Virus record (IMG/VR): IMGVR_UViG_3300046836_000255 | Strand: one strand, 5' to 3' | Length of the DNA: 43,896 nt | DNA from: a virus | Shown: one piece after another, positions 31,809 to 40,359 of the stretch | How positions within the stretch are numbered: the first letter of the stretch is position 1 | How the letters are laid out: the number at the start of each line of letters is the position of its first letter | Notes under the pieces: generated by a model | Databases searched by the model: none | What the model saw: only the letters and a program-made list of their open reading frames with translations | What the model was told of the DNA's origin: nothing | Translations under genes and position numbers: made by a program

Positions 31809-33970
31809 TGGCTCGCGCAAGCTCGATCTGGGAGCAGCTGTTCGGCACTGCCGCGCCAGATTACGCGTACCCGCCGGGACTGTACGGGCCGCCGCTCTAC
31901 GATCAGCCGCCGCAGCCGCCGCCGATGATGGCGCCGTCGCAGTTGCCGTTGCCGCCGCTGCCGGCGATGCAGGGATACGGTGGCCAAGCTGGGCCGCCGC
32001 CGTCGATGTCGCCCGATCTGCTGCCGCAGCAGCTGCCACTTGTCGGTGGCGCGCCCGGCATGCCGACGTTCTCGCCTGACATGGCAACGCAGCCCGTGTT
32101 GCCGCCCGCGCATCCCGCTGGGCCGTCCGTTCCTGGCCACCCAGGGCTTGGTTTCCTCAATGCCCCGGTGGGGCGTTTGATCGATTACGCAAAAAAGAAC
32201 ATTGACCCACAGACGCTGGACTATCTCACCGCCGCGCCGGGCCAGGAGCGTCCGCTGTGGCAAGCGAGGCCCGGCAGCATTGCTGACCGTGTCATGAACC
32301 AGCCAGCGCCGCGCGACGCCGAAGGCAACATTCTGCTGTGGCCATGGTTGCGCGACAACGTGCTGCCGGGCATTCAAAATCCCATCGATCCGAAGACATC
32401 GCTTGCAGGCACGCCCTACGGTGCGCCGGCTGCGGCAGCTGCGCCGCCAAGCGTGTCCGACACTGCGGTTGGCCAAGCTGGTCCGGGTGCGGCACGTCCA
32501 CCGCCCAACAGTGTCGCCGGCTACAGCCAAGCCGGTCAGACTGTCGGCCAAGCTGGCCTCCCAGTGGTGCCGGCGCTGCCGCCGCCCATCGACATTGGCT
32601 CGCGTGGTGCGCCGGCAACCACAGTCGCCACTAACGATCCGTTCAAGCTGCCGGTTGGCGGGACGACGGAAGGCGATGTCGCGCCGACCGACGTGTCTGC
32701 TGCGCGCACCGTTACTGGCGCGCAAGGGCAACCATTGCCCGACGTACACACTGCGGCTCGGCAAATCCTCGCCACGACGACGCCGTCTCAGCTCTATGCG
32801 CCGCCGGAGAGCCCTGGTGCATTCGACCGTTTCTCTGCGTTCATGCACAACCTGGGCAACACGCAGGCTGGCGGCTTTGGCGCCATTGCTGACGCCATCG
32901 GCGGTGTGGCGAGCGGGCAGCGCATGGACCCGCAGGGTATGGGGCTCGCGGCGCAGAACAACATGTATCGCGCGCTGCTGCAGCGCGGCTACACGCAAGA
33001 CATGGCAATGGCCGGCGCGACCAACCCTGAAATCCTCAAGCAGATGATGGCGCCGTCCAAGTGGACCGTGATCGGTGAGGGCATCGCCGGCCAGAAACGC
33101 TACGGTTTCGTCAACGAGCAGCAGCAGCTGCTCAACGGTCAGACGCTGGGCGCAGGCGGCGGTACCGGCGGCGGCGTGCAGGGCAACTACACCGATGCGC
33201 AGTGGGATGCGATGACCTCAGAGCAGCGGCTGGCGACGCTGCCGAAAGCTGATCAGTCGTTTATCAAGTCGATCTATGAAGCGAAGGCAATGCCGTCGCC
33301 GCGTGTCACTGGCGCAATTCCAGCAGTCACTGCGATCTATCCCGATTTCGATCAGCAGGACTACCTCAAGCGCCACGAGACGCTGAAATCGTTCGAGGGC
33401 CAGGGTAAGAACGCGCTGGAAAAGAAAGCGCTCAACACCGCAATCGCGCATGCCGATAATCTCTACAGCATGATCGATGAGCTGCCCAACACGACGTGGT
33501 TCCCCGGCTACGTCAACCCGTTCATTCATGCGCTCAAGGCGAACACCGGCGACACGCGATTTCAGCAGCTGCGCGGCCGGTGGGACGCACAGGCCGAGGG
33601 CCTCGCCAACGAGCTGAGCAAGATGCTCAACGGCGGCCAGACCTCCGAGAGCGACCGGCAGAACGCTCGCGCTATCCTCGCCATGGCAAAATCGCCAGAG
33701 GAGCTGAAGGCCTCCATTCATCAGCTGATGGACATGGCGCAGGGCCGCGCACAGTCGCTGCAGGCACTGTACGACCAGGGCATGAAGCAACCGATCCGCG
33801 ACGGGCTCAACATGGTCGATCCCGCCAACCAGCAGGTGTTCATGCGGCTGCGCGGGCTGCAGGGCGGCACGATTGCGACGCCACAAGGCCAAGTCGCACC
33901 GACGCAGGCGCCGGCCCTCATGCAAGGTCACATCCCGCCGCCGCCCGCCGGCTTCCACATCCTTCAGTAA
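31808..33970 (+). CDS. Internal virion / ejection protein candidate (720 aa) with Pro-rich N-terminal third
   Basis: Long ORF in the position of the T7 internal core proteins. No enzymatic motif recognised. Confidence 0.55.
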   Translation: MARASSIWEQLFGTAAPDYAYPPGLYGPPLYDQPPQPPPMMAPSQLPLPPLPAMQGYGGQAGPPPSMSPDLLPQQLPLVGGAPGMPTFSPDMATQPVLPPAHPAGPSVPGHPGLGFLNAPVGRLIDYAKKNIDPQTLDYLTAAPGQERPLWQARPGSIADRVMNQPAPRDAEGNILLWPWLRDNVLPGIQNPIDPKTSLAGTPYGAPAAAAAPPSVSDTAVGQAGPGAARPPPNSVAGYSQAGQTVGQAGLPVVPALPPPIDIGSRGAPATTVATNDPFKLPVGGTTEGDVAPTDVSAARTVTGAQGQPLPDVHTAARQILATTTPSQLYAPPESPGAFDRFSAFMHNLGNTQAGGFGAIADAIGGVASGQRMDPQGMGLAAQNNMYRALLQRGYTQDMAMAGATNPEILKQMMAPSKWTVIGEGIAGQKRYGFVNEQQQLLNGQTLGAGGGTGGGVQGNYTDAQWDAMTSEQRLATLPKADQSFIKSIYEAKAMPSPRVTGAIPAVTAIYPDFDQQDYLKRHETLKSFEGQGKNALEKKALNTAIAHADNLYSMIDELPNTTWFPGYVNPFIHALKANTGDTRFQQLRGRWDAQAEGLANELSKMLNGGQTSESDRQNARAILAMAKSPEELKASIHQLMDMAQGRAQSLQALYDQGMKQPIRDGLNMVDPANQQVFMRLRGLQGGTIATPQGQVAPTQAPALMQGHIPPPPAGFHILQ

Positions 33971-33979
33971 GGCAACGCC

Positions 33980-35920
33980 ATGCCTATCGCAGTGAACGAC
34001 GCAGGCGACGTGCTCGCGCTCGGCCAGGATGGCCAATGGGCGCCAGCCAAGACTGCGCAGAACCCGCAGACCGGCGAGCGACTCGCGTTCGACGGTCAGG
34101 CGTGGCAACCGCTCAAGGCTGGCGCCGATCCCAAGTACGAGTGGAGCGATGTCGGGCAGGCGGCGCTGCGCGGCGTGCCAATCGCGGGCGGTGCTTACGA
34201 GAGCAATCTCCCGCCGGCCGACAAGGTGCGCGCGGAAAACTTCGACGTGGCGCACCCCTACATCAGCGGCGCCGCCAAGTTTGCCGGTGGCGCGGCCTCG
34301 ATGGCGGCACTGCTCGCTGCCGCGCCCGAGGCCGGCGCCTTGGCGCTGGGCTTGCGTGGCGCCACGCCGCTTGCGCGTGTGGCCAGCTCGGCCGCGAGCG
34401 GCGCCGGCATCAATGCTGCCGACGCGCTCACGCGTGGCGACGATCCAGGACAGGCAGCGCTCGTCGGTGGTGCGCTTGGCGCCGCCACCCCTGCCGTGGC
34501 CAGGGTTGCCGAGAGCGCGCTGGGTGGCGCCCGCAGTGCGCTGACGCCCATCCCGAAGACACCGCAGAACGTCATGCAAGTCGGCACCACCCCGGTGCGG
34601 ATGACGGCCGGCGAGATCAGCGGCGATGTCAACCAGCAGGCGTTCATCGATCAGGCGCGAGCCGGCGCGCTCGGTGAGAGGGCCAAGGATGTCGTCGCCC
34701 CGTGGGATGTCGCACGCGAGCAGGAGCTGGCAGCGGCGCGTGGCGGCATCAGCCAGACAGCTGGCGGCGCCGTCGCATCTCCATTGGAGGCGGCCGACAC
34801 GGCGCAGACCGCGCTCAAGGATGTAGCCGCACAGGCGAAGGCGGCAGCGAAGACCGAGTACAGCAAGTTCGACAACATGCAGGGCTCGATCAATTCGGCG
34901 CCGTTCACCGGCATTGCGAACGGCATCGAGAACCAACTCACTAACGCGCAGCAGCCGATGTTCGCCAGTCCGTTCGTCAAGAACGCGCTGGGCGAGCTGG
35001 AGCAGAACCTCACGCGCCGGCCGGGGATGTCGATCCAGGAGGCAAGTCGCGCGCGCGAGCTGATGCTTGCACGCGCACGCTCGCTCGGCCCGATGGAGGG
35101 CTACGACAAAATGGTGATGGGGAATGCCATCAACCACTTCGACCAGCACCTGGAGAACGTGCTCAACAGTCCGCATTTCACCGGCGATCAAGCGGCGCTC
35201 GGCACGCTGCAGAATGCGCGGCAGCTCTATTCGCAATACAAGGGGATCATCGATCCTAAGACCCCCGGCGGCACGCTGGTCAACAAGATGCTCAGCGACC
35301 GCGCCTCGTGGCAGGAGATCGCCAACGAGATGTTCGGCGCCACGAAGATCGGCGAGCGCGGCGCGAGTGTCCTCGCCGTCAATCGATTGCGCGATACGTT
35401 CACCAACGCCGGGCGCCCCGAGGCGTGGCAGGCGGTGCGCCAGGGCATGCTCGACAAGCTGATGAACCCGGAGGGCGTCGCCGGCACGCTGCCGAAGCAG
35501 GCGCAGGCGATCTCGCAACGCATGGCCAACTTCCTCGACGGTGGCGGGCAGCAGATGGCGAAGTCGATGTTCAACACGCAGGAGCTGGCGCTGCTCAAGC
35601 AGTATCAGCAGGTGATGCAACGGATGATCCCGCTCAAGCAGGCGACCAACCCGAGTGGCACCAGCTATGCGATGGCGCGGCTTGGCAATTGGACGAAGGA
35701 CGCCCTGCTCGCGGCCGGCGGCCTCCATGTCGGCGGCCCGCTCGGCATGATCGCGTTGCCCGCACTCAAGAAGGCGGCCACGAGCGGCTACTACGGACGC
35801 GCAACCGCACGCCAGCTCTACGGCGCCGCAGCTGCGCCGATGCACGCGCCCAACGCCTCAGCGTCGCCGCTGGAGCGCTACGCGGCGCTCGCTGCCCGCG
35901 CTGCACCCATCGGCAGGTGA
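33980..35920 (+). CDS. Internal virion / ejection protein candidate (646 aa)
   Basis: Long A/G-rich ORF in the position of the T7 internal core proteins. Confidence 0.55.
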   Translation: MPIAVNDAGDVLALGQDGQWAPAKTAQNPQTGERLAFDGQAWQPLKAGADPKYEWSDVGQAALRGVPIAGGAYESNLPPADKVRAENFDVAHPYISGAAKFAGGAASMAALLAAAPEAGALALGLRGATPLARVASSAASGAGINAADALTRGDDPGQAALVGGALGAATPAVARVAESALGGARSALTPIPKTPQNVMQVGTTPVRMTAGEISGDVNQQAFIDQARAGALGERAKDVVAPWDVAREQELAAARGGISQTAGGAVASPLEAADTAQTALKDVAAQAKAAAKTEYSKFDNMQGSINSAPFTGIANGIENQLTNAQQPMFASPFVKNALGELEQNLTRRPGMSIQEASRARELMLARARSLGPMEGYDKMVMGNAINHFDQHLENVLNSPHFTGDQAALGTLQNARQLYSQYKGIIDPKTPGGTLVNKMLSDRASWQEIANEMFGATKIGERGASVLAVNRLRDTFTNAGRPEAWQAVRQGMLDKLMNPEGVAGTLPKQAQAISQRMANFLDGGGQQMAKSMFNTQELALLKQYQQVMQRMIPLKQATNPSGTSYAMARLGNWTKDALLAAGGLHVGGPLGMIALPALKKAATSGYYGRATARQLYGAAAAPMHAPNASASPLERYAALAARAAPIGR

Positions 35921-35923
35921 TCC

Positions 35924-36829
35924 ATGGCCCAGTACTCACGTAGCCAGATTGCGAAGATTGTTGCCGACGAGTGGCGCAATGCCGGCTTGACGAATGATCG
36001 CGGCATCGCTGGCGTTCTACGCAACATTCAAGAAGAGAGCAGCTACGATCCGACATTGCGCCATCCCGATCAGCCAAAGTTCAGCGGCGAGGCGCACTAC
36101 GCGCACGGGCTCTACCAAGAGGGTGGCGACGAGTGGAACCGTTATCAGTCGTGGCTCGGCAAAAACTACCCTGACCAAGATTGGCGCGACCCGGCCCTGC
36201 AATCGCGCTTTGCGGCGCAGAACCTGCGCGATAATTATCCGCAGGTCTGGGGGCAGCTGCAGAAAGGTGACGAGACGCAGGCGGCAACCGCTTACGCGTC
36301 AGGCTACCTGCGGCCGGCGGCGTCCTACTTGCAGAACCGCATTTACGGGTTCCAACAGAACCCGGTGCAGCCGTTGTCGTCCTACGGCATCGATGGACAG
36401 CCAGGACAGCCAGGACAGCCGGCGCAACCCTTCAACCCGACGACAGGCCCACAACAGGCCCCACAGCCCGCCTGGAGCCCCGCTGGTGCGTCCCAGGCGC
36501 CGGGCGCCCCGGCACAGGGGGCGGCTGCCACGCCTGCCGGCGGCCTTCTGAGCAGCATTCTGCCCGATGCGGTCGCGGGCATGGTTCCATCGGCTGCACA
36601 GCAGCAGGCGCAGGGTGGCTTGTTCCCGTCGCTTAATTCGCTGGCGCCGAGCATATTCGGGGCGCCGGCAGCGCCAGGGCAACCAGGGCAACCAGGGCAG
36701 CAGAACGCCGGCTACATGCCGCCAATGCAGCAGCCGCAGCAGCTGCAGGCGCCGCAGATCAACTACTACCAGCCGCGCCTTGCAGGCGCCCAGATGCCCA
36801 TGCCGCAGTTCGGCCCGCTGCGCTTCTAA
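35924..36829 (+). CDS. Virion-associated peptidoglycan hydrolase (phage tail lysozyme domain) with Q/P-rich C-terminal half
   Basis: IAGVLRNIQEESSYDP......GLYQ.....W..Y..WL pattern of the Phage_lysozyme2 family. GQPGQPGQP and PGQPGQPGQ collagen-like triplets. Confidence 0.7.
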   Translation: MAQYSRSQIAKIVADEWRNAGLTNDRGIAGVLRNIQEESSYDPTLRHPDQPKFSGEAHYAHGLYQEGGDEWNRYQSWLGKNYPDQDWRDPALQSRFAAQNLRDNYPQVWGQLQKGDETQAATAYASGYLRPAASYLQNRIYGFQQNPVQPLSSYGIDGQPGQPGQPAQPFNPTTGPQQAPQPAWSPAGASQAPGAPAQGAAATPAGGLLSSILPDAVAGMVPSAAQQQAQGGLFPSLNSLAPSIFGAPAAPGQPGQPGQQNAGYMPPMQQPQQLQAPQINYYQPRLAGAQMPMPQFGPLRF

Positions 36830-36840
36830 GGATCACTCAC

Positions 36841-37839
36841 ATGCCCACCGGTGTTGCATCGTGGTCGAAGACTGCGGGCGCGAACGCGTCCGCTGATACC
36901 AACGTCAACGCCGCCGAGGGCATGGCGCCCGCGCAAGTCAACGACGCCATGCGCGCCATGATGGCGAGCACCGCGATGTGGCGCGACGACCTCTCGGGCG
37001 TCACGACCGGCGGCACCGCGACTGCCTTCACGGTCGCGACCAACCAGGGCTTCGCTTCGCTGGCGGCGCTCAACGGCAAGCGCATCACGATCATCCCACA
37101 CACCTCGTCGGGTGCGGCGCCGACGCTGTCAGTGGACGGGCTTGCCGCCAAGCCGCTGCGCCTGCAGACAGGCGTGAGCCCGCCGGTTGCTTCGCTCGTG
37201 CAGGGTTCGCCCTATGCGCTGCTGTACAACGACACCAACGGCGAGTTCCTCGTCTACGAGGGGGCCGGTGGCATTCCGGTGGGCGCGGTCATGCCGTTTG
37301 CCGGCGGTGCGGCGCCGGGCGGTTGGCACCTGTGCTGCGGGCAGACAGTTTCCACCACGACCTATGCGGCGCTGGCCGCTGTTATCGGCACAGCGTTCAA
37401 CACCGGGGGTGAACCCGGAGGAACGGTTCGGCTCCCCGATCTACGCGGGCGTGTGATCGCCGGTCTCGACGGTGCCGGTGGGTTCGGCACGATCAGCCGC
37501 ATCACGGCTCCGCTCAACTTCGATGGCACCGTGCTCGGCAATGCGGGCGGCGCGCAGGGCATTAACATCGCGCAGAACCAGCTGCCGCAAGCCACAGTCA
37601 ACACGACAGACGAGTTCGCCAACATCACGGCGGCCGTCACCAATCACATAGGCCAGTGGATCGCCAATTTTGGCGGCGGTCTATGGAACGGTGGCGGTGG
37701 CGGCGGTGTAGACACGCCCACGATCACGATCACCGACAATAAGCACCATCACCAGTTTTCGCTTAACGGCAACGTCGCCCAGCAGCCCACATCGGAGCTG
37801 CCGCCGACCCTCGTGCTCAACTACATCATCAAGTTCTGA
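36841..37839 (+). CDS. Tail fibre protein with phage tail-collar domain
   Basis: VGAVMPFAGGAAPGGWHLCCGQTVSTTTYAALAAVIGTAFNTGGEPGGTVRLPDLRGRV is the collar-domain signature. It is the last gene of the + block. Confidence 0.88.
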   Translation: MPTGVASWSKTAGANASADTNVNAAEGMAPAQVNDAMRAMMASTAMWRDDLSGVTTGGTATAFTVATNQGFASLAALNGKRITIIPHTSSGAAPTLSVDGLAAKPLRLQTGVSPPVASLVQGSPYALLYNDTNGEFLVYEGAGGIPVGAVMPFAGGAAPGGWHLCCGQTVSTTTYAALAAVIGTAFNTGGEPGGTVRLPDLRGRVIAGLDGAGGFGTISRITAPLNFDGTVLGNAGGAQGINIAQNQLPQATVNTTDEFANITAAVTNHIGQWIANFGGGLWNGGGGGGVDTPTITITDNKHHHQFSLNGNVAQQPTSELPPTLVLNYIIKF

Positions 37840-37907
37840 TCGCTCGCTAGGACGCTGCGCACGCGCCCCCTCCCCAGGTCCACCCTCGCTGCGCGCGTCC
37901 TAACAAC

Positions 37908-37950
37908 CCCCGCTGCCGAGCCCGTGCCTGGGCCGGTGGCGGGGCCTTTT
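37908..37950 (+). terminator. Terminator between convergent gene blocks (possibly bidirectional)
   Basis: 11-bp stem (two G-U pairs) at 37908-37918 / 37934-37944 with a structured loop, followed by ccttttg. The minus-strand gene ends at 37954. Confidence 0.55.
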
Positions 37951-37953
37951 GCG

Positions 37954-38304
37954 TTAGAGCTTGGTCTCCACGGCGGCGATGGCGGCGCGGGCGATCTCAC
38001 CTTCATCGGCTCTGACTTGTGAGCCAAAATGCAAAACTGAACCTTCCTCTCGCCAGTTCTCCTCATCGGCATAGAACTTCAGCGCCGCGAGCAGCTGGTC
38101 CCGCTGGGCGCACACGATGTCATACTGGGCGTAGACATGGGCAATCTCGGCGCGGAGGCGGGCAATCTCGTCGGCGGCTTCGTCCAACATCATCTCGCCT
38201 CGCACAACGTCTTTTTCGTCATTCGGATCGAATGATTGGCGCAGCCGTTCCACAAGATCGCCTTGCTCGCGGCCATCCATGAAGGCTTCGTGATCGGTGC
38301 TCAT
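37954..38304 (-). CDS. Hypothetical protein (116 aa)
   Basis: The minus-strand ATG is preceded by GGAGGA at 6-nt spacing. Helical, acidic composition. Confidence 0.7.
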   Translation of the reverse strand: MSTDHEAFMDGREQGDLVERLRQSFDPNDEKDVVRGEMMLDEAADEIARLRAEIAHVYAQYDIVCAQRDQLLAALKFYADEENWREEGSVLHFGSQVRADEGEIARAAIAAVETKL

Positions 38305-38340
38305 TGGCCGTCCTCCGTTCTACAAACAGATGCGCCGGAA

Positions 38341-38497
38341 CTGTAAACCGATGTGCAACCGATGCCCGAGTATACAGCGATTTGTGAGCATTTCCAGTGC
38401 TGTGCTCTTGGCCCGGCGACAAATGACAAAAACCGCGAACCCCTATTTTTAAAGGCTTTTTGCAGTGCCGGTTTACAGAAAATGGCCCGGTTTACAG
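38341..38497. repeat. Dispersed 10-11-bp motif CCGGTTTACAG (two direct copies, one inverted copy) plus AACCGATG x2
   Basis: CCGGTTTACAG at 38468-38478 and 38487-38497. Inverted CTGTAAACCG at 38341-38350. AACCGATG at 38346-38353 and 38357-38364. Confidence 0.7.
38369..38396 (-). promoter_or_regulatory. Candidate sigma70-like promoter for the 116-aa gene
   Basis: Minus strand reads TGGAAA, 16 nt, TATACT (plus-strand tttcca 38391-38396 and agtata 38369-38374). Judged by eye only. Confidence 0.3.
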
Positions 38498-38549
38498 CCG
38501 TCGTGGAAACCGCTTGAAGAACCGGCCAATCGGGTCTAGCGAACGTCAT

Positions 38550-38623
38550 CCCTCGATGGCTGCAATCCGTCGAGGGCTAGCGCGAGCGGGTCGATTTGGT
38601 TTCCTTTGCCGATCCGCTCGCGC
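38550..38623. other. Two adjacent strong hairpins without U-tracts
   Basis: ccctcgatgg/ccgtcgaggg (38550-38559 / 38567-38576). Then gcgcgagcgg/ccgctcgcgc (38580-38589 / 38614-38623), extendable to 14 bp. Confidence 0.55.
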
Positions 38624-38668
38624 GCCATGCGCTCAAACCCACACCCTGGTCGTCACGAAGTCGGCTCA

Positions 38669-38914
38669 TCATCGCCTCTGCTCCAACCGTTTGAGCATCT
38701 GCTCGCACGCTCGCTCGGCATCCACCAAATTTTGCCACGGCCCGCCGTCGATGATGTTGGCGCGCATGTCGAGGCGCATGTCCTTCCAGCTCGCCGTGTA
38801 GCCGGTCCACTCCGGGTCGCCCATCTCTTGCTCCAGCAGGATGCAGAACGAGTAAGGCCAGCTCCACGCGACCCACAGGCACGCGCGTGGCGACGGTGTG
38901 GGTTCAAACTTCAT
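38669..38914 (-). CDS. Hypothetical protein (81 aa)
   Basis: Preferred over the overlapping frame 38653..38907, whose product is Arg-rich and looks off-frame. Confidence 0.55.
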   Translation of the reverse strand: MKFEPTPSPRACLWVAWSWPYSFCILLEQEMGDPEWTGYTASWKDMRLDMRANIIDGGPWQNLVDAERACEQMLKRLEQRR

Positions 38915-39146
38915 CCTTGATCACGTTCTTACGGCGGTTGTACTTGCGGTGAACGGGTTCGTTGCCCGGCGGCACGCTGTTGGCATCGATCCAGCGCTCG
39001 ATGTCGGCAGGGTTGTAGCGCACCATGTCGCCGATCCTCACGTAGCGCGGCCCTATGCCACGAAATCGCAACCGCGAAAGCGTCGACGGTGAGAGCCCGA
39101 GCGCATCGGTAACCTGCTTCGTGGTGAGAAGTCGCGCGATCACCAT
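38904..39146 (-). CDS. AlpA/excisionase-family HTH DNA-binding protein (80 aa)
   Basis: ATG at 39146 after GAGGA; LLTTKQVTDALGLSPSTLSRLRFRGIGPRYVRIGDMVRYNPADIERWI. Confidence 0.72.
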   Translation of the reverse strand: MVIARLLTTKQVTDALGLSPSTLSRLRFRGIGPRYVRIGDMVRYNPADIERWIDANSVPPGNEPVHRKYNRRKNVIKDEV

Positions 39147-39147
39147 C

Positions 39148-39417
39148 TCAGTTTTCCTCTCCAGTCGCACACGCCCAATGCACCGCAATGGCGACGGCAT
39201 CGAAGGCGCGGCGTTCGCGGGCGCGTATGCGCTCGTCAAGGTCGATGCCCGGCCCGATGGACACGAGCGTCACGTAGTCGCCGGCCATGAACGGCAGCTC
39301 GCAGCCGGGACAGTCGGCACGCTTGTCCACTAACCAATGATCAGCTGACAGGCGCCCCATCTTGCGAAGGTCATCGCCAACACGCTGGCGGCGGATGAAG
39401 GCGCGGCCAATGCTCAT
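39148..39417 (-). CDS. Hypothetical protein (89 aa)
   Basis: ORF tightly packed with its neighbours; contains a CPGC element. Confidence 0.6.
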   Translation of the reverse strand: MSIGRAFIRRQRVGDDLRKMGRLSADHWLVDKRADCPGCELPFMAGDYVTLVSIGPGIDLDERIRARERRAFDAVAIAVHWACATGEEN

Positions 39418-39425
39418 CGCGGACC

Positions 39426-39830
39426 TCAGTTGAGTTTCCTGCCGGGCGGCGCCATCTCGCGTCGCGGCGCAATTTCGAACCCGACGCCCACCGTATCCAC
39501 CACATTGCCGGGCATTCTGCTGATATCGAAATCAGGATGGATCGCGCCGACCTCTTGCAGCCGGGTCAGCGTCGTCTTGACGATATCGCGGATTGCCCCC
39601 GACCACATGTCGCTGCTCTCACGTATCGCTTTGCGCATGAGCCAGCCATAGATCACCGACGCGAGGCCGAAGCCCGCGCCGAATGCGCCGAAGAGATTAA
39701 GACCCTCTCGTACACTCGCGGCCTGCATCGCGATCAGGGTGATGTTGAATAATAGGAATACAGTGGCGAGCGGCAGGCCGGCGTAGAGCACTAGCTCGTG
39801 TGCGCTTGGCCACCGCAGCTTCACCTTCAC
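39426..39830 (-). CDS. Two-TM membrane protein (134 aa)
   Basis: Hydrophobic helices LVLYAGLPLATVFLLFNITLIAM and LNLFGAFGAGFGLASVIYGWL, then a soluble C-terminal domain. Confidence 0.7.
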   Translation of the reverse strand: MKVKLRWPSAHELVLYAGLPLATVFLLFNITLIAMQAASVREGLNLFGAFGAGFGLASVIYGWLMRKAIRESSDMWSGAIRDIVKTTLTRLQEVGAIHPDFDISRMPGNVVDTVGVGFEIAPRREMAPPGRKLN

Positions 39831-40099
39831 GACTCGTCCCCCCTGCCCGCGTCAGCCACATGCTCGTGATCCCGGTACGCTTGCGCGAGCTGCGGTGCGC
39901 GCTCCTCGAACCAGTCGAGCACCTGCCTGCGGGCCAGGGCCTTGTGGCGGATGACGTGGCCACGCCAGCAACCGGCGAGGAAGAACCGCACGTCATCGGG
40001 AATGACACCCGGCGTGATCGCGTCGAGCCACTCCCAAATCTCGTCCATCACCGGGTCACGGCCACGGGTGTAGTTGTCGGGATAGGTGTGCTCACTCAT
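39827..40099 (-). CDS. Hypothetical protein (90 aa)
   Basis: ATG at 40099. The upstream part of ORF 39827..40201 overlaps the neighbouring gene and a tandem repeat. Confidence 0.6.
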   Translation of the reverse strand: MSEHTYPDNYTRGRDPVMDEIWEWLDAITPGVIPDDVRFFLAGCWRGHVIRHKALARRQVLDWFEERAPQLAQAYRDHEHVADAGRGDES

Positions 40100-40359
40100 C
40101 GCCTGGGCCTCCGCCTGGGCCTCCGCATCGGTACGCCACGCTTGTGCGCGTGGTAGCACACGACCCATGGGTTGATGCCGTAGTCGGCGGCGATCACGCA
40201 CACCCGCTCGCCTGCCTTGTAGCGGCGCGTGATGTCATGCTTGGCGTGCTCGCTCAATTTCCACGACAGCGACGGTGTCAGTGTCGCCACCAGCGCACGC
40301 ACGACGCCACGCTCGCGGATGACGCGGACGTTCGATGCGTCGAGGTAGCGGAAGTTCAT
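40096..40359 (-). CDS. HTH protein (resolvase-type HTH) with Arg/Pro-rich tail
   Basis: ITRRYKAGERVCVIAADYGINPWVVCYHAHKRG, tail RRPRRRPRR. Confidence 0.65.
   Translation of the reverse strand: MNFRYLDASNVRVIRERGVVRALVATLTPSLSWKLSEHAKHDITRRYKAGERVCVIAADYGINPWVVCYHAHKRGVPMRRPRRRPRR

Noticed and set aside
33218-35845. Very long antisense ORFs (33218..35845 -, 875 aa; also 30762..32087 -, 31766..32998 -, 18618..19955 -, 41608..42963 +, 25698..26825 -, 14137..15123 -)
   Set aside because: These are typical high-GC shadow ORFs. They are Arg/Ala/His-rich, carry no recognisable motifs, and lie opposite genes with clear family signatures or a coherent operon structure.
38537-38546. 10-mer tagcgaacgt shared between 38537-38546 and 41475-41484 (both next to hairpins)
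   Set aside because: There are only two copies of a 10-mer and no extended flanking similarity. The evidence is too weak to call a site, so it is mentioned only in case att or operator mapping lands there.
38301-38549. ORF 38301..38549 (-), 82 aa, in the non-coding island
   Set aside because: There is no usable RBS, the composition is Cys/Ser-rich and atypical, and it spans the repeated motifs. It is treated as non-coding.
38653-38907. Alternative frame ORF 38653..38907 (-), 84 aa
   Set aside because: Its Arg/Gly/Ala-rich composition is typical of an off-frame reading. The overlapping frame 38669..38914 has an ordinary protein-like composition.
38880-38910. tRNA-like T-arm string gggttcaaacttc (also ggttcaagctcc near 41405) as a possible tRNA fragment marking attP
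   Set aside because: Neither forms a 5-bp T-stem with a 7-nt loop or is followed by an acceptor stem. Both lie inside coding sequences.
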